Virus record (IMG/VR): IMGVR_UViG_2706794662_000004
Reading direction: 5' to 3' (one strand)
DNA: 46,219 nucleotides
DNA from: a virus
Taxonomy: Duplodnaviria; Heunggongvirae; Uroviricota; Caudoviricetes
Below are positions 30,415 through 42,980 of this stretch, one piece after another (within the stretch, counting starts at the first letter, position 1; each line of letters opens with the position of its first letter). Under the pieces are notes generated by a model that was not told the origin of the DNA, searched no databases, and saw only the letters and a list, made by a program, of their open reading frames with translations. A program made the position numbers and the translations under genes.

Positions 30415-32968
30415 ACCGGTAGGCGATCTGGTCGTTGATTTGAGTCTGGATGCGGCCAGATTTGACGAGCAGATGGCCAGAGTCAGGCGTCATTTTTCCG
30501 GTACGGAAAGTGATGCGAAAAAAACAGCGGCAGTCGTTGAACAGTCGCTGAGCCGACAGGCGCTGGCTGCACAGAAAGCGGGGATTTCCGTCGGGCAGTA
30601 TAAAGCCGCCATGCGTATGCTGCCTGCACAGTTCACCGACGTGGCCACGCAGCTTGCAGGCGGGCAAAGTCCGTGGCTGATCCTGCTGCAACAGGGTGGT
30701 CAGGTTAAGGACTCCTTCGGCGGGATGATCCCCATGTTCAGGGGGCTTGCCGGTGCGATCACCCTGCCGATGGTGGGGGCCACCTCGCTGGCGGTGGCGA
30801 CCGGTGCGCTGGCGTATGCCTGGTATCAGGGCAACTCAACCCTGTCCGATTTCAACAAAACGCTGGTCCTTTCCGGCAATCAGTCGGGGCTGACGGCAGA
30901 TCGTATGCTGGTCCTGTCCAGAGCCGGGCAGGCGGCAGGGCTGACGTTTAACCAGACCAGCGAGTCACTCAGCGCACTGGTTAAGGCGGGGGTAAGCGGT
31001 GAGGCTCAGATTGCGTCCATCAGCCAGAGTGTGGCGCGTTTCTCCTCTGCATCCGGCGTGGAGGTGGACAAGGTCGCTGAAGCCTTCGGGAAGCTGACCA
31101 CAGACCCGACGTCGGGGCTGACGGCGATGGCACGCCAGTTCCATAACGTGACGGCGGAGCAGATTGCGTATGTTGCTCAGTTGCAGCGTTCCGGCGATGA
31201 AGCCGGGGCATTGCAGGCGGCGAACGAGGCCGCAACGAAAGGGTTTGATGACCAGACCCGCCGCCTGAAAGAGAACATGGGCACGCTGGAGACCTGGGCA
31301 GACAGGACTGCGCGGGCCTTCAAATCCATGTGGGATGCGGTGCTGGATATTGGTCGTCCTGATACCGCGCAGGAGATGCTGATTAAGGCAGAGGCTGCGT
31401 TTAAGAAAGCAGACGACATCTGGAATCTGCGCAAGGATGATTATTTTGTTAACGATGAAGCGCGGGCGCGTTACTGGGATGATCGTGAAAAGGCCCGTCT
31501 TGCGCTTGAAGCCGCCCGAAAGAAGGCTGAGCAGCAGACTCAACAGGACAAAAATGCGCAGCAGCAGAGCGATACCGAAGCGTCACGGCTGAAATATACC
31601 GAAGAGGCGCAGAAGGCTTACGAACGGCTGCAGACGCCGCTGGAGAAATATACCGCCCGTCAGGAAGAACTGAACAAGGCACTGAAAGACGGGAAAATCC
31701 TGCAGGCGGATTACAACACGCTGATGGCGGCGGCGAAAAAGGATTATGAAGCGACGCTGAAAAAGCCGAAACAGTCCGGCGTGAAGGTGTCTGCGGGCGA
31801 TCGTCAGGAAGACAGTGCTCATGCTGCCCTGCTGACGCTTCAGGCAGAACTCCGGACGCTGGAGAAGCATGCCGGAGCAAATGAGAAAATCAGCCAGCAG
31901 CGCCGGGATTTGTGGAAGGCAGAAAGTCAGTTCGCGGTACTGGAGGAGGCGGCACAACGTCGCCAGCTATCCGCACAGGAGAAATCCCTGCTGGCGCATA
32001 AAGATGAGACGCTGGAGTACAAACGCCAGCTGGCTGCACTTGGCGACAAGGTTACGTATCAGGAGCGCCTGAACGCGCTGGCGCAGCAGGCGGATAAATT
32101 CGCACAGCAGCAACGGGCAAAACGGGCCGCCATTGATGCGAAAAGCCGGGGGCTGACTGACCGGCAGGCAGAACGGGAAGCCACGGAACAGCGCCTGAAG
32201 GAACAGTATGGCGATAATCCGCTGGCGCTGAATAACGTCATGTCAGAGCAGAAAAAGACCTGGGCGGCTGAAGACCAGCTTCGCGGGAGCTGGATGACAG
32301 GCCTGAAGTCCGGCTGGAGTGAGTGGGAAGAGAGCGCCACGGACAGTATGTCGCAGGTAAAAAGTGCAGCCACGCAGACCTTTGATGGTATTGCACAGAA
32401 TATGGCAGCGATGCTGACCGGCAGTGAGCAGAACTGGCGCAGCTTCACCCGTTCCGTGCTGTCCATGATGACAGAAATTCTGCTTAAGCAGGCAATGGTG
32501 GGGATTGTCGGGAGTATCGGCAGCGCCATTGGCGGGGCTGTTGGTGGCGGCGCATCCGCGTCAGGCGGTACAGCCATTCAGGCCGCTGCGGCGAAATTCC
32601 ATTTTGCAACCGGAGGATTTACGGGAACCGGCGGCAAATATGAGCCAGCGGGGATTGTTCACCGTGGTGAGTTTGTCTTCACGAAGGAGGCAACCAGCCG
32701 GATTGGCGTGGGGAATCTTTACCGGCTGATGCGCGGCTATGCCACCGGCGGTTATGTCGGTACACCGGGCAGCATGGCAGACAGCCGGTCGCAGGCGTCC
32801 GGGACGTTTGAGCAGAATAACCATGTGGTGATTAACAACGACGGCACGAACGGGCAGATAGGTCCGGCTGCTCTGAAGGCGGTGTATGACATGGCCCGCA
32901 AGGGTGCCCGTGATGAAATTCAGACACAGATGCGTGATGGTGGCCTGTTCTCCGGAGGTGGACGATGA
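30407..32968 (+). CDS. H: Tail tape measure protein H (853 aa)
   Basis: Same length as lambda gpH; position after G-T. Confidence 0.9.
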   Translation: MAEPVGDLVVDLSLDAARFDEQMARVRRHFSGTESDAKKTAAVVEQSLSRQALAAQKAGISVGQYKAAMRMLPAQFTDVATQLAGGQSPWLILLQQGGQVKDSFGGMIPMFRGLAGAITLPMVGATSLAVATGALAYAWYQGNSTLSDFNKTLVLSGNQSGLTADRMLVLSRAGQAAGLTFNQTSESLSALVKAGVSGEAQIASISQSVARFSSASGVEVDKVAEAFGKLTTDPTSGLTAMARQFHNVTAEQIAYVAQLQRSGDEAGALQAANEAATKGFDDQTRRLKENMGTLETWADRTARAFKSMWDAVLDIGRPDTAQEMLIKAEAAFKKADDIWNLRKDDYFVNDEARARYWDDREKARLALEAARKKAEQQTQQDKNAQQQSDTEASRLKYTEEAQKAYERLQTPLEKYTARQEELNKALKDGKILQADYNTLMAAAKKDYEATLKKPKQSGVKVSAGDRQEDSAHAALLTLQAELRTLEKHAGANEKISQQRRDLWKAESQFAVLEEAAQRRQLSAQEKSLLAHKDETLEYKRQLAALGDKVTYQERLNALAQQADKFAQQQRAKRAAIDAKSRGLTDRQAEREATEQRLKEQYGDNPLALNNVMSEQKKTWAAEDQLRGSWMTGLKSGWSEWEESATDSMSQVKSAATQTFDGIAQNMAAMLTGSEQNWRSFTRSVLSMMTEILLKQAMVGIVGSIGSAIGGAVGGGASASGGTAIQAAAAKFHFATGGFTGTGGKYEPAGIVHRGEFVFTKEATSRIGVGNLYRLMRGYATGGYVGTPGSMADSRSQASGTFEQNNHVVINNDGTNGQIGPAALKAVYDMARKGARDEIQTQMRDGGLFSGGGR

Positions 32969-33294
32969 AGACCTTCCGCTGGAAAGTGAAACCCGGTATG
33001 GATGTGGCTTCGGTCCCTTCTGTAAGAAAGGTGCGCTTTGGTGATGGCTATTCTCAGCGAGCGCCTGCCGGGCTGAATGCCAACCTGAAAACGTACAGCG
33101 TGACGCTTTCTGTCCCCCGTGAGGAGGCCACGGTACTGGAGTCGTTTCTGGAAGAGCACGGGGGCTGGAAATCCTTTCTGTGGACGCCGCCTTATGAGTG
33201 GCGGCAGATAAAGGTGACCTGCGCAAAATGGTCGTCGCGGGTCAGTATGCTGCGTGTTGAGTTCAGCGCAGAGTTTGAACAGGTGGTGAACTGA
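32965..33294 (+). CDS. M: Tail tip protein M
   Basis: 109-aa ORF coupled to H and L. Confidence 0.85.
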   Translation: MKTFRWKVKPGMDVASVPSVRKVRFGDGYSQRAPAGLNANLKTYSVTLSVPREEATVLESFLEEHGGWKSFLWTPPYEWRQIKVTCAKWSSRVSMLRVEFSAEFEQVVN

Positions 33295-33992
33295 TGCAGG
33301 ATATCCGGCAGGAAACACTGAATGAATGCACCCGTGCGGAGCAGTCGGCCAGCGTGGTGCTCTGGGAAATCGACCTGACAGAGGTCGGTGGAGAACGTTA
33401 TTTTTTCTGTAATGAGCAGAACGAAAAAGGTGAGCCGGTCACCTGGCAGGGGCGACAGTATCAGCCGTATCCCATTCAGGGGAGCGGTTTTGAACTGAAT
33501 GGCAAAGGCACCAGTACGCGCCCCACGCTGACGGTTTCTAACCTGTACGGTATGGTCACCGGGATGGCGGAAGATATGCAGAGTCTGGTCGGCGGAACGG
33601 TGGTCCGGCGTAAGGTTTACGCCCGTTTTCTGGATGCGGTGAACTTCGTCAACGGAAACAGTTATGCCGATCCGGAGCAGGAGGTGATCAGCCGCTGGCG
33701 CATTGAGCAGTGCAGCGAACTGAGCGCGGTGAGTGCCTCCTTTGTACTGTCCACGCCGACGGAAACGGATGGCGCTGTTTTTCCGGGACGTATCATGCTG
33801 GCCAACACCTGCACCTGGACCTATCGCGGTGACGAGTGCGGTTATAGCGGTCCGGCTGTCGCGGATGAATATGACCAGCCAACGTCCGATATCACGAAGG
33901 ATAAATGCAGCAAATGCCTGAGCGGTTGTAAGTTCCGCAATAACGTCGGCAACTTTGGCGGCTTCCTTTCCATTAACAAACTTTCGCAGTAA
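33294..33992 (+). CDS. L: Tail tip protein L
   Basis: 232-aa ORF in lambda order. Confidence 0.85.
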   Translation: MQDIRQETLNECTRAEQSASVVLWEIDLTEVGGERYFFCNEQNEKGEPVTWQGRQYQPYPIQGSGFELNGKGTSTRPTLTVSNLYGMVTGMAEDMQSLVGGTVVRRKVYARFLDAVNFVNGNSYADPEQEVISRWRIEQCSELSAVSASFVLSTPTETDGAVFPGRIMLANTCTWTYRGDECGYSGPAVADEYDQPTSDITKDKCSKCLSGCKFRNNVGNFGGFLSINKLSQ

Positions 33993-33997
33993 ATCCC

Positions 33998-34741
33998 ATG
34001 ACACAGACAGAATCAGCGATTCTGGCGCACGCCCGGCGATGTGCGCCAGCGGAGTCGTGCGGCTTCGTGGTAAGCACGCCGGAGGGGGAAAGATATTTCC
34101 CCTGCGTGAATATCTCCGGTGAGCCGGAGGCGTATTTCCGTATGTCGCCGGAAGACTGGCTGCAGGCAGAAATGCAGGGTGAGATTGTGGCGCTGGTCCA
34201 CAGCCACCCCGGTGGTCTGCCCTGGCTGAGTGAGGCCGACCGGCGGCTGCAGGTGCAGAGTGATTTGCCGTGGTGGCTGGTCTGCCGGGGGACGATTCAT
34301 AAGTTCCGCTGTGTGCCGCATCTCACCGGGCGGCGCTTTGAGCACGGTGTGACGGACTGTTACACACTGTTCCGGGATGCTTATCATCTGGCGGGGATTG
34401 AGATGCCGGACTTTCATCGTGAGGATGACTGGTGGCGTAACGGCCAGAATCTCTATCTGGATAATCTGGAGGCGACGGGGCTGTATCAGGTGCCGTTGTC
34501 AGCGGCACAGCCGGGCGATGTGCTGCTGTGCTGTTTTGGTTCATCGGTGCCGAATCACGCCGCAATTTACTGCGGCGACGGCGAGCTGCTGCACCATATT
34601 CCTGAACAACTGAGCAAACGAGAGAGGTACACCGACAAATGGCAGCGACGCACACACTCCCTCTGGCGTCACCGGGCATGGCGCGCATCTGCCTTTACGG
34701 GGATTTACAACGATTTGGTCGCCGCATCGACCTTCGTGTGA
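33998..34741 (+). CDS. K: Tail tip assembly protein K (JAMM/Mov34 plus NlpC/P60-like)
   Basis: HSHPGG metalloprotease-like motif and downstream Cys/His motif; lambda order. Confidence 0.8.
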   Translation: MTQTESAILAHARRCAPAESCGFVVSTPEGERYFPCVNISGEPEAYFRMSPEDWLQAEMQGEIVALVHSHPGGLPWLSEADRRLQVQSDLPWWLVCRGTIHKFRCVPHLTGRRFEHGVTDCYTLFRDAYHLAGIEMPDFHREDDWWRNGQNLYLDNLEATGLYQVPLSAAQPGDVLLCCFGSSVPNHAAIYCGDGELLHHIPEQLSKRERYTDKWQRRTHSLWRHRAWRASAFTGIYNDLVAASTFV

Positions 34742-35310
34742 AAACGGGGGCTGAAGCCATCCGGGCACTGGCCACACAGCTCCCGGCGTTTCGTCAGAAA
34801 CTGAGCGACGGCTGGTATCAGGTACGGATTGCCGGGCGGGACGTCAGCACGTCCGGGTTAACGGCGCAGTTACATGAGACTCTGCCTGATGGCGCTGTGA
34901 TTCATATTGTTCCCAGAGTCGCCGGGGCCAAGTCAGGTGGCGTATTCCAGATTGTCCTGGGGGCTGCCGCCATTGCCGGATCATTCTTTACCGCCGGAGC
35001 CACCCTTGCAGCATGGGGGGCAGCCATTGGGGCCGGTGGTATGACCGGCATCCTGTTTTCTCTCGGTGCCAGTATGGTGCTCGGTGGTGTGGCGCAGATG
35101 CTGGCACCGAAAGCCAGAACTCCCCGTACACAGACAACGGATAACGGTAAGCAGAACACCTATTTCTCCTCACTGGATAACATGGTTGCCCAGGGCAATG
35201 TTCTGCCTGTTCTGTACGGGGAAATGCGCGTGGGGTCACGCGTGGTTTCTCAGGAGATCAGCACGGCAGACGAAGGGGACGGTGGTCAGGTTGTGGTGAT
35301 TGGTCGCTGA
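34639..35310 (+). CDS. I: Tail tip assembly protein I
   Basis: 223-aa ORF overlapping the K 3' end, same length as lambda gpI. Confidence 0.8.
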   Translation: MAATHTLPLASPGMARICLYGDLQRFGRRIDLRVKTGAEAIRALATQLPAFRQKLSDGWYQVRIAGRDVSTSGLTAQLHETLPDGAVIHIVPRVAGAKSGGVFQIVLGAAAIAGSFFTAGATLAAWGAAIGAGGMTGILFSLGASMVLGGVAQMLAPKARTPRTQTTDNGKQNTYFSSLDNMVAQGNVLPVLYGEMRVGSRVVSQEISTADEGDGGQVVVIGR

Positions 35311-35370
35311 TGCAAAATGTTTTATGTGAAACCGCCTGCGGGCGGTTTTGTCATTTATGGAGCGTGAGGA

Positions 35371-38300
35371 ATGGGTAAAGGAAGCAGTAAGGGGCATACC
35401 CCGCGCGAAGCGAAGGACAACCTGAAGTCCACGCAGTTGCTGAGTGTGATCGATGCCATCAGCGAAGGGCCGGTTGAAGGTCCGGTGGATGGATTAAAAA
35501 GCGTGCTGCTGAACAGTACGCCGGTGCTGGACACTGAGGGGAATACCAACATCTCCGGTGTCACGGTGGTGTTCCGTGCCGGTGAGCAGGAGCAGACACC
35601 GCCGGAGGGGTTTGAATCCTCCGGCTCCGAGACGGTGCTGGGTACGGAAGTGAAATATGACACGCCGATCACCCGCACCATTACGTCTGCAAACATCGAC
35701 CGTCTGCGCTTTACCTTCGGTGTACAGGCACTGGTGGAAACCACCTCAAAGGGTGACAGGAATCCGTCGGAAGTCCGTCTGCTGGTTCAGATACAACGTA
35801 ACGGTGGCTGGGTGACGGAAAAAGACATCACCATTAAGGGCAAAACCACCTCGCAGTATCTGGCCTCGGTGGTGGTGGGTAGCCTGCCGCCGCGCCCGTT
35901 TAATATCCGGATGCGCAGGATGACGCCGGACAGCACCACAGACCAGCTGCAGAACAAAACGCTCTGGTCGTCATACACCGAAATCATCGATGTGAAACAG
36001 GGCTACCCGAACACGGCACTGGTCGGCGTGCAGGTGGATTCGGAGCAGTTCGGCAGCCAGCAGGTGAGCCGTAATTATCATCTGCGCGGGCGCATTCTGC
36101 AGGTGCCGTCGAACTATAACCCGCAGACGCGGCAATACAGCGGTATCTGGGACGGAACGTTTAAACCGGCATACAGCAACAACATGGCCTGGTGTCTGTG
36201 GGATATGCTGACCCATCCGCGCTACGGCATGGGGAAACGTCTTGGTGCGGCGGATGTGGATAAATGGGCGCTGTATGTCATCGGCCAGTACTGCGACCAG
36301 TCAGTGCCGGACGGTTTTGGCGGCACGGAGCCGCGCATCACCTGTAATGCCTACCTGACCACGCAGCGTAAGGCGTGGGATGTGCTCAGTGATTTCTGCT
36401 CGGCGATGCGCTGTATGCCGGTATGGAACGGGCAGACGCTGACGTTCGTGCAGGACCGACCATCAGATAAGGTGTGGACCTATAACCGCAGTAATGTGGT
36501 GATGCCGGATGATGGCGCGCCGTTCCGCTACAGTTTCAGCGCCCTGAAGGACCGCCATAATGCCGTTGAGGTGAACTGGATTGACCCGGATAACGGCTGG
36601 GAGACGGCGACAGAGCTTGTTGAAGATGCGCAGGCCATTGCCCGTTACGGTCGTAACGTCACGAAGATGGATGCCTTTGGCTGTACCAGCCGGGGGCAGG
36701 CGCACCGCGCCGGGCTGTGGCTGATTAAAACGGAACTGCTGGAAACGCAGACCGTGGACTTCAGCGTGGGTGCTGAAGGGCTTCGCCATGTACCGGGCGA
36801 TGTCATTGAAATCTGCGATGATGACTATGCCGGTATCAGCACCGGTGGTCGCGTGCTGGCGGTAAACAGCCAGACCCGGACGCTGACGCTCGACCGTGAA
36901 ATCACGCTGCCATCCTCCGGTACCACGCTGATAAGCCTGGTTGACGGAAGTGGCAATCCGGTCAGCGTGGAGGTTCAGTCCGTCACCGACGGCGTGAAGG
37001 TGAAAGTGAGCCGTGTTCCTGACGGCGTTGCTGAATACAGCGTGTGGGGGCTGAAGCTGCCGACGCTGCGCCAGCGCCTGTTCCGCTGCGTGAGTATCCG
37101 TGAGAACGACGACGGCACGTATGCCATCACCGCCGTGCAGCATGTACCGGAAAAAGAAGCCATCGTGGATAACGGGGCGCACTTTGACGGCGACCAGAGC
37201 GGCACGGTGAATGGTGTCACGCCGCCAGCGGTGCAGCACCTGACCGCCGAAGTCACCGCAGACAGCGGGGAGTATCAGGTACTGGCCCGCTGGGACACGC
37301 CGAAGGTGGTGAAGGGCGTGAGTTTCATGCTTCGCCTGACCGTGGCAGCGGATGACGGCAGTGAGCGGCTGGTCAGCACGGCCCGGACGACGGAAACCAC
37401 TTACCGCTTCACACAACTGGCTCTGGGGAACTACAGGCTGACAGTCCGGGCAGTAAATGCGTGGGGGCAGCAGGGCGATCCGGCGTCGGTATCGTTCCGG
37501 ATTGCCGCACCGGCAGCGCCGTCGCGGATTGAGCTGACGCCGGGCTATTTTCAGATAACCGCCACGCCGCATCTTGCGGTTTATGATCCGACGGTACAGT
37601 TTGAGTTCTGGTTCTCGGAAAAGCGGATTGCGGATATCAGGCAGGTTGAAACCACAGCACGCTATCTTGGCACGGCGCTGTACTGGATAGCCGCCAGTAT
37701 CAATATCAGGCCGGGCCATAATTATTATTTTTACGTTCGCAGTGTGAACACCGTTGGCAAATCGGCATTCGTGGAGGCTGTTGGTCAGCCGAGTGATGAC
37801 GCATCCGGCTATCTGGATTTTTTCAAAGGCGAGATAGGGAAAACCCATCTGGCTCAGGAGCTGTGGACGCAGATTGATAACGGTCAGCTTGCGCCTGACC
37901 TGGCTGAAATCAGGACATCCATTACGGATGTCAGCAATGAAATCACACAGACCGTCAATAAGAAACTGGAAGACCAGAGTGCAGCGATCCAGCAGATACA
38001 GAAGGTTCAGGTTGATACAAATAATAATCTGAACAGCATGTGGGCTGTGAAGCTGCAGCAGATGCAGGACGGACGCCTTTATATCGCGGGTATCGGTGCC
38101 GGTATTGAGAACACCCCCGACGGCATGCAGAGTCAGGTGCTGCTGGCGGCAGACAGGATTGCGATGATTAATCCTGCAAATGGCAACACAAAACCGATGT
38201 TTGTTGGTCAGGGTGATCAGATATTCATGAATGAAGTGTTCCTGAAATATCTGACGGCTCCCACCATTACCAGCGGCGGTAATCCTCCTGCATTTTCCCT

Positions 38301-38850
38301 GACACCGGACGGAAAGCTGACCGCTAAAAATGCAGATATCAGTGGCAGTGTGAATGCGAACTCCGGGACGCTCAACAACGTTACGATAAATGAGAACTGT
38401 CAGATTAAAGGGAAACTGTCAGCCAACCAGATTGAAGGCGATATTGTCAAAACAGTGGGTAAGGCTTTCCCGCGGGACTCCCGGGCACCGGAGCGGTGGC
38501 CATCAGGGACCATTACCGTCAGGATTTATGACGATCAGCCGTTTGACCGGCAGATTGTTATTCCGGCGGTGGCATTCAGCGGTGCTAAACATGAGAGAGA
38601 GCATACTGATATTTACTCCTCATGCCGCCTGATAGTGAAGAAAAATGGTGCTGAAATTTATAACCGTACCGCGCTGGATAATACGCTGATTTACAGTGGT
38701 GTTATTGATATGCCAGCTGGTCACGGCCACATGACGCTGGAGTTTTCGGTGTCAGCATGGCTGGTAAATGACTGGTATCCCACAGCAAGTATCAGCGATT
38801 TGCTGGTTGTGGTGATGAAGAAAGCCACCGCAGGCATCAGTATCAGCTGA
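35371..38850 (+). CDS. J: Central tail fibre / host specificity protein J (1159 aa)
   Basis: N-terminus [34 protein letters not shown] matches recalled lambda J; the C-terminal part differs from lambda. Confidence 0.9.
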   Translation: MGKGSSKGHTPREAKDNLKSTQLLSVIDAISEGPVEGPVDGLKSVLLNSTPVLDTEGNTNISGVTVVFRAGEQEQTPPEGFESSGSETVLGTEVKYDTPITRTITSANIDRLRFTFGVQALVETTSKGDRNPSEVRLLVQIQRNGGWVTEKDITIKGKTTSQYLASVVVGSLPPRPFNIRMRRMTPDSTTDQLQNKTLWSSYTEIIDVKQGYPNTALVGVQVDSEQFGSQQVSRNYHLRGRILQVPSNYNPQTRQYSGIWDGTFKPAYSNNMAWCLWDMLTHPRYGMGKRLGAADVDKWALYVIGQYCDQSVPDGFGGTEPRITCNAYLTTQRKAWDVLSDFCSAMRCMPVWNGQTLTFVQDRPSDKVWTYNRSNVVMPDDGAPFRYSFSALKDRHNAVEVNWIDPDNGWETATELVEDAQAIARYGRNVTKMDAFGCTSRGQAHRAGLWLIKTELLETQTVDFSVGAEGLRHVPGDVIEICDDDYAGISTGGRVLAVNSQTRTLTLDREITLPSSGTTLISLVDGSGNPVSVEVQSVTDGVKVKVSRVPDGVAEYSVWGLKLPTLRQRLFRCVSIRENDDGTYAITAVQHVPEKEAIVDNGAHFDGDQSGTVNGVTPPAVQHLTAEVTADSGEYQVLARWDTPKVVKGVSFMLRLTVAADDGSERLVSTARTTETTYRFTQLALGNYRLTVRAVNAWGQQGDPASVSFRIAAPAAPSRIELTPGYFQITATPHLAVYDPTVQFEFWFSEKRIADIRQVETTARYLGTALYWIAASINIRPGHNYYFYVRSVNTVGKSAFVEAVGQPSDDASGYLDFFKGEIGKTHLAQELWTQIDNGQLAPDLAEIRTSITDVSNEITQTVNKKLEDQSAAIQQIQKVQVDTNNNLNSMWAVKLQQMQDGRLYIAGIGAGIENTPDGMQSQVLLAADRIAMINPANGNTKPMFVGQGDQIFMNEVFLKYLTAPTITSGGNPPAFSLTPDGKLTAKNADISGSVNANSGTLNNVTINENCQIKGKLSANQIEGDIVKTVGKAFPRDSRAPERWPSGTITVRIYDDQPFDRQIVIPAVAFSGAKHEREHTDIYSSCRLIVKKNGAEIYNRTALDNTLIYSGVIDMPAGHGHMTLEFSVSAWLVNDWYPTASISDLLVVVMKKATAGISIS

Positions 38851-38867
38851 ATTTTATAACCCATATA

Positions 38868-38894
38868 CGGGCGCCAGAAATGGCGCCTTTTTTA
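38868..38894 (+). terminator. Intrinsic terminator after J
   Basis: ggcgccagaaatggcgcc hairpin followed by six T. Confidence 0.5.
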
Positions 38895-38917
38895 TTGCAG
38901 AAAAGCGAGAGGTAATT

Positions 38918-39517
38918 ATGCGTAAAGTTTGTGCAGCCATTTTGTCCGCAGCCATCTGTCTGGCCGTATCCGGTGCGCCTGCATGGGCGTCTGAGCAGCA
39001 GGCCACACTGAGCGCAGGGTATCTTCATGCCCGTACGAACGCTCCCGGCAGCGATAATCTGAACGGGATTAACGTGAAATACCGTTATGAGTTTACGGAC
39101 ACGCTGGGGCTGATTACGTCATTCAGTTATGCCAACGCTGAAGATGAGCAAAAAACGCATTACAGCGATACCCGCTGGCATGAGGATTCCGTGCGTAATC
39201 GCTGGTTCAGCGTGATGGCGGGGCCGTCTGTGCGCGTGAATGAATGGTTCAGCGCGTATGCGATGGCGGGTATGGCTTACAGCCGTGTGTCGACTTTCTC
39301 CGGGGATTATATCCGCGTAACTGACAACAAGGGGAAAACGCACGATGTGCTGACCGGAAGTGATGACGGTCGCCACAGCAACACGTCTCTGGCGTGGGGA
39401 GCTGGCGTGCAGTTTAACCCGACCGAATCCGTGGCCGTTGACGTCGCTTATGAAGGCTCCGGCAGCGGTGACTGGCGTACCAACAGTTTCATCGTTGGTG
39501 TCGGTTATAAATTCTGA
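38918..39517 (+). CDS. lom: Outer-membrane protein Lom
   Basis: Signal peptide plus beta-barrel-like sequence ending GVGYKF; position after J as in lambda. Confidence 0.85.
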   Translation: MRKVCAAILSAAICLAVSGAPAWASEQQATLSAGYLHARTNAPGSDNLNGINVKYRYEFTDTLGLITSFSYANAEDEQKTHYSDTRWHEDSVRNRWFSVMAGPSVRVNEWFSAYAMAGMAYSRVSTFSGDYIRVTDNKGKTHDVLTGSDDGRHSNTSLAWGAGVQFNPTESVAVDVAYEGSGSGDWRTNSFIVGVGYKF

Positions 39518-39543
39518 TTAGCCAGGTAACACAGTGTTATGAC

Positions 39544-39571
39544 AGCCCGCCGGTTCAGGCGGGCTTTTTTG
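39544..39571 (+). terminator. Intrinsic terminator after lom
   Basis: gcccgccggttcaggcgggc hairpin followed by six T. Confidence 0.5.
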
Positions 39572-39581
39572 TGGGGGGAAT

Positions 39582-42500
39582 ATGGCAGTACGGATTTCAG
39601 GTGTACTGAAAGATGGCGCAGGTAAGCCGATACAAAACTGCACCATTCAGCTAAAGGCCAGGCGCAACAGCACCACGGTGGTGGTGAACACAGTGGCCTC
39701 AGAAAACCCGGATGAAGCCGGGCGTTACACAATGGACGTCGAGTATGGTCAGTACAGCGTCAGTCTGTTGGTGGAGGGATTCCCGCCGTCACACGCCGGG
39801 ACCATCACCGTGTATGAAGATTCCCGACCCGGTACGCTGAATGATTTTCTCGGTGCCATGACGGAGGATGATGCCCGTCCTGAGGCACTGCGCCGTTTTG
39901 AACTGATGGTGGAAGAGGTGGCGCGTAACGCGTCCGCGGTGGCACAGAACACGGCAGCCGCGAAGAAGTCAGCCAGCGATGCCAGCACATCAGCCCGTGA
40001 GGCGGCAACCCATGCGACTGATGCTGCAGGCTCAGCACGCGCAGCCAGCACGTCAGCCGGACAGGCCGCGTCGTCGGCTCAGTCAGCATCTTCCAGCGCA
40101 GGAACGGCATCAACAAAGGCCAGTGAAGCATCGAAAAGTGCTGCTGCTGCAGAGTCCTCAAAAAGCGCGGCAGCTACCAGTGCCGGTGCGGCGAAAACGT
40201 CAGAAACGAATGCGGCAGCGTCACAACAATCAGCAGCCACTTCTGCATCCGCCGCGACCACGAAGGCGTCAGAAGCAGCCACCTCAGCCCGGGATGCGGC
40301 GGCCTCAAAAGAGGCAGCGAAATCATCAGAAACGAACGCATCATCAAGCGCCAGTAGTGCCGCTTCCTCGGCAACGGCGGCAGGCAATTCCGCGAAGGCG
40401 GCAAAGACGTCTGAGACAAACGCCAGGTCTTCTGAAACGGCAGCGGGACAGAGCGCCTCGGCTGCGGCAGGCTCAAAAACAGCGGCTGCGTCGTCTGCCA
40501 GTGCCGCGTCAACAAGTGCCGGGCAGGCCTCAGCCAGTGCCACCGCCGCCGGAAAATCGGCAGAAAGCGCCGCATCGTCTGCTTCAACAGCCACAACGAA
40601 GGCTGGCGAAGCCACTGAACAGGCCAGCGCAGCAGCAAGGTCTGCTTCCGCAGCGAAGACATCCGAGACGAACGCGAAAGCGTCGGAAACCAGCGCAGAA
40701 TCCTCAAAAACGGCTGCCGCATCGTCCGCCAGTTCGGCGGCGTCATCGGCATCATCGGCGTCTGCTTCAAAAGATGAGGCGACCAGACAAGCGTCCGCAG
40801 CGAAGGGCAGCGCCACGACGGCATCCACGAAGGCGACAGAGGCAGCTGGCAGTGCGACGGCGGCAGCACAGAGCAAAAGTACGGCGGAATCCGCGGCAAC
40901 GCGCGCCGAGACAGCGGCAAAACGGGCAGAGGATATTGCATCCGCCGTGGCGCTTGAGGATGCAAGTACGACGAAAAAGGGGATAGTACAGCTCAGCAGT
41001 GCGACCAACAGTACGTCTGAAACGCTGGCGGCAACGCCAAAGGCAGTAAAATCAGCCTATGACAATGCAGAGAAACGTCTGCAGAAAGACCAGAACGGCG
41101 CTGATATACCCGATAAGGGACGCTTCCTGAACAACATTAACGCGGTCAGTAAAACAGACTTTGCTGATAAGCGTGGTATGCGTTATGTGCGGGTTAACGC
41201 TCCTGCAGGTGCAACATCTGGAAAATATTACCCTGTTGTTGTTATGCGTTCTGCTGGCTCAGTAAGCGAACTGGCATCAAGGGTCATTATCACCACGGCA
41301 ACGCGAACCGCAGGCGATCCGATGAATAACTGCGAGTTTAACGGATTTGTTATGCCTGGTGGCTGGACTGACAGGGGGCGTTATGCTTATGGAATGTTCT
41401 GGCAATATCAAAACAATGAACGAGCCATCCACTCAATAATGATGAGTAATAAGGGCGATGATTTGCGCTCTGTGTTCTATGTTGATGGCGCTGCTTTCCC
41501 TGTTTTTGCGTTTATCGAAGATGGCCTGTCAATATCCGCACCTGGTGCTGATCTCGTTGTTAATGATACGACCTATAAGTTTGGGGCAACAAATCCGGCG
41601 ACTGAATGTATCGCGGCGGACGTTATCCTTGATTTTAAGAGTGGGCGTGGTTTTTATGAGTCTCATTCGTTAATCGTTAACGATAACTTGTCGTGCAAAA
41701 AACTTTTTGCCACAGACGAAATTGTAGCGCGTGGTGGTAATCAGATTCGAATGATAGGTGGGGAGTATGGGGCATTATGGCGTAATGATGGCGCTAAAAC
41801 TTACCTGCTGCTTACCAATCAAGGTGATGTTTATGGTGGCTGGAATACATTAAGACCGTTTGCTATTGATAACGCAACCGGCGAACTGGTTATTGGAACC
41901 AAACTGTCCGCAAGTCTGAACGGTAATGCATTAACAGCAACAAAGCTGCAAACGCCAAGACGGGTTTCTGGTGTTGAGTTTGATGGTTCCAAAGATATTA
42001 CTTTAACCGCCGCGCATGTGGCTGCTTTTGCCAGAAGGGCAACGGATACATATGCCGATGCGGATGGTGGCGTTCCCTGGAATGCCGAATCAGGCGCTTA
42101 TAATGTCACCCGCTCTGGCGACAGCTATATTCTGGTTAACTTCTATACCGGAGTCGGAAGTTGCCGGACCTTGCAGATGAAGGCGCATTACAGAAATGGT
42201 GGTCTGTTCTACCGTTCTTCAAGAGACGGTTATGGTTTTGAGGATGACTGGGCAGAAGTTTATACCTCGAAAAATCTTCCACCAGAAAGCTACCCAGTCG
42301 GCGCACCAATCCCGTGGCCATCAGATACCGTTCCGTCTGGTTATGCCCTGATGCAGGGGCAGACTTTTGACAAATCTGCTTACCCGAAACTTGCAGCCGC
42401 TTATCCGTCAGGCGTGATCCCTGATATGCGTGGCTGGACGATTAAGGGCAAACCTGCCAGTGGTCGGGCCGTATTGTCTCAGGAACAGGACGGCATTAAA

Positions 42501-42980
42501 TCGCATACCCACAGCGCCAGCGCATCCAGTACAGATTTGGGGACGAAAACCACATCGTCGTTTGATTACGGCACTAAATCCACGAATAACACTGGTGCGC
42601 ATACCCATAGTTTAAGTGGCAGCACGAATGCAGCTGGTAATCACAGCCATAGAGATGGCCGTCGATTTAACCCCAGTGTTTTTAAAGATACTTATCAATA
42701 TGGTTATACAAGCTCAGGTCAAAATACCTGGGGTGTACAAGGCTCAGTAGGTATGTCTACGGGGTGGTTAGCGAATACCAGTACAGATGGTAATCATAGC
42801 CATTCACTGTCCGGCACAGCAGCATCTGCAGGTGCACACGCGCATACTGTCGGTATTGGTGCTCATACGCACTCCGTTGCGATTGGTTCACATGGACACA
42901 CCATCACCGTTAACGCTGCTGGTAACGCGGAAAACACCGTCAAAAACATCGCATTTAACTATATTGTGAGGCTTGCATAA
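39582..42980 (+). CDS. stf: Side tail fibre protein Stf (1132 aa)
   Basis: N-terminus [38 protein letters not shown] and His-rich C-terminus (HSHSLSGT ... [15 protein letters not shown] ... [11 protein letters not shown]) match recalled lambda Stf. Confidence 0.85.
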   Translation: MAVRISGVLKDGAGKPIQNCTIQLKARRNSTTVVVNTVASENPDEAGRYTMDVEYGQYSVSLLVEGFPPSHAGTITVYEDSRPGTLNDFLGAMTEDDARPEALRRFELMVEEVARNASAVAQNTAAAKKSASDASTSAREAATHATDAAGSARAASTSAGQAASSAQSASSSAGTASTKASEASKSAAAAESSKSAAATSAGAAKTSETNAAASQQSAATSASAATTKASEAATSARDAAASKEAAKSSETNASSSASSAASSATAAGNSAKAAKTSETNARSSETAAGQSASAAAGSKTAAASSASAASTSAGQASASATAAGKSAESAASSASTATTKAGEATEQASAAARSASAAKTSETNAKASETSAESSKTAAASSASSAASSASSASASKDEATRQASAAKGSATTASTKATEAAGSATAAAQSKSTAESAATRAETAAKRAEDIASAVALEDASTTKKGIVQLSSATNSTSETLAATPKAVKSAYDNAEKRLQKDQNGADIPDKGRFLNNINAVSKTDFADKRGMRYVRVNAPAGATSGKYYPVVVMRSAGSVSELASRVIITTATRTAGDPMNNCEFNGFVMPGGWTDRGRYAYGMFWQYQNNERAIHSIMMSNKGDDLRSVFYVDGAAFPVFAFIEDGLSISAPGADLVVNDTTYKFGATNPATECIAADVILDFKSGRGFYESHSLIVNDNLSCKKLFATDEIVARGGNQIRMIGGEYGALWRNDGAKTYLLLTNQGDVYGGWNTLRPFAIDNATGELVIGTKLSASLNGNALTATKLQTPRRVSGVEFDGSKDITLTAAHVAAFARRATDTYADADGGVPWNAESGAYNVTRSGDSYILVNFYTGVGSCRTLQMKAHYRNGGLFYRSSRDGYGFEDDWAEVYTSKNLPPESYPVGAPIPWPSDTVPSGYALMQGQTFDKSAYPKLAAAYPSGVIPDMRGWTIKGKPASGRAVLSQEQDGIKSHTHSASASSTDLGTKTTSSFDYGTKSTNNTGAHTHSLSGSTNAAGNHSHRDGRRFNPSVFKDTYQYGYTSSGQNTWGVQGSVGMSTGWLANTSTDGNHSHSLSGTAASAGAHAHTVGIGAHTHSVAIGSHGHTITVNAAGNAENTVKNIAFNYIVRLA

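Noticed and set aside
36463-37848. 461-aa ORF antisense to J
   Set aside because: Fully inside the J gene, whose sense frame matches lambda J; antisense open frames are expected in GC-rich coding sequence.
39979-40986. Possibility that the Ala/Ser-rich stf repeats are an unusual insertion
   Set aside because: As far as I recall, lambda Stf has a comparable Ala/Ser-rich shaft region, so this appears native to the protein family.
39979-41008. Long ORFs in alternative frames and on the opposite strand within stf (335 aa, 309 aa, 263 aa)
   Set aside because: They lie in the Ala/Ser-rich low-complexity repeat region of the side tail fibre, where GC-rich repetitive codons keep other frames open; the stf frame matches lambda Stf.
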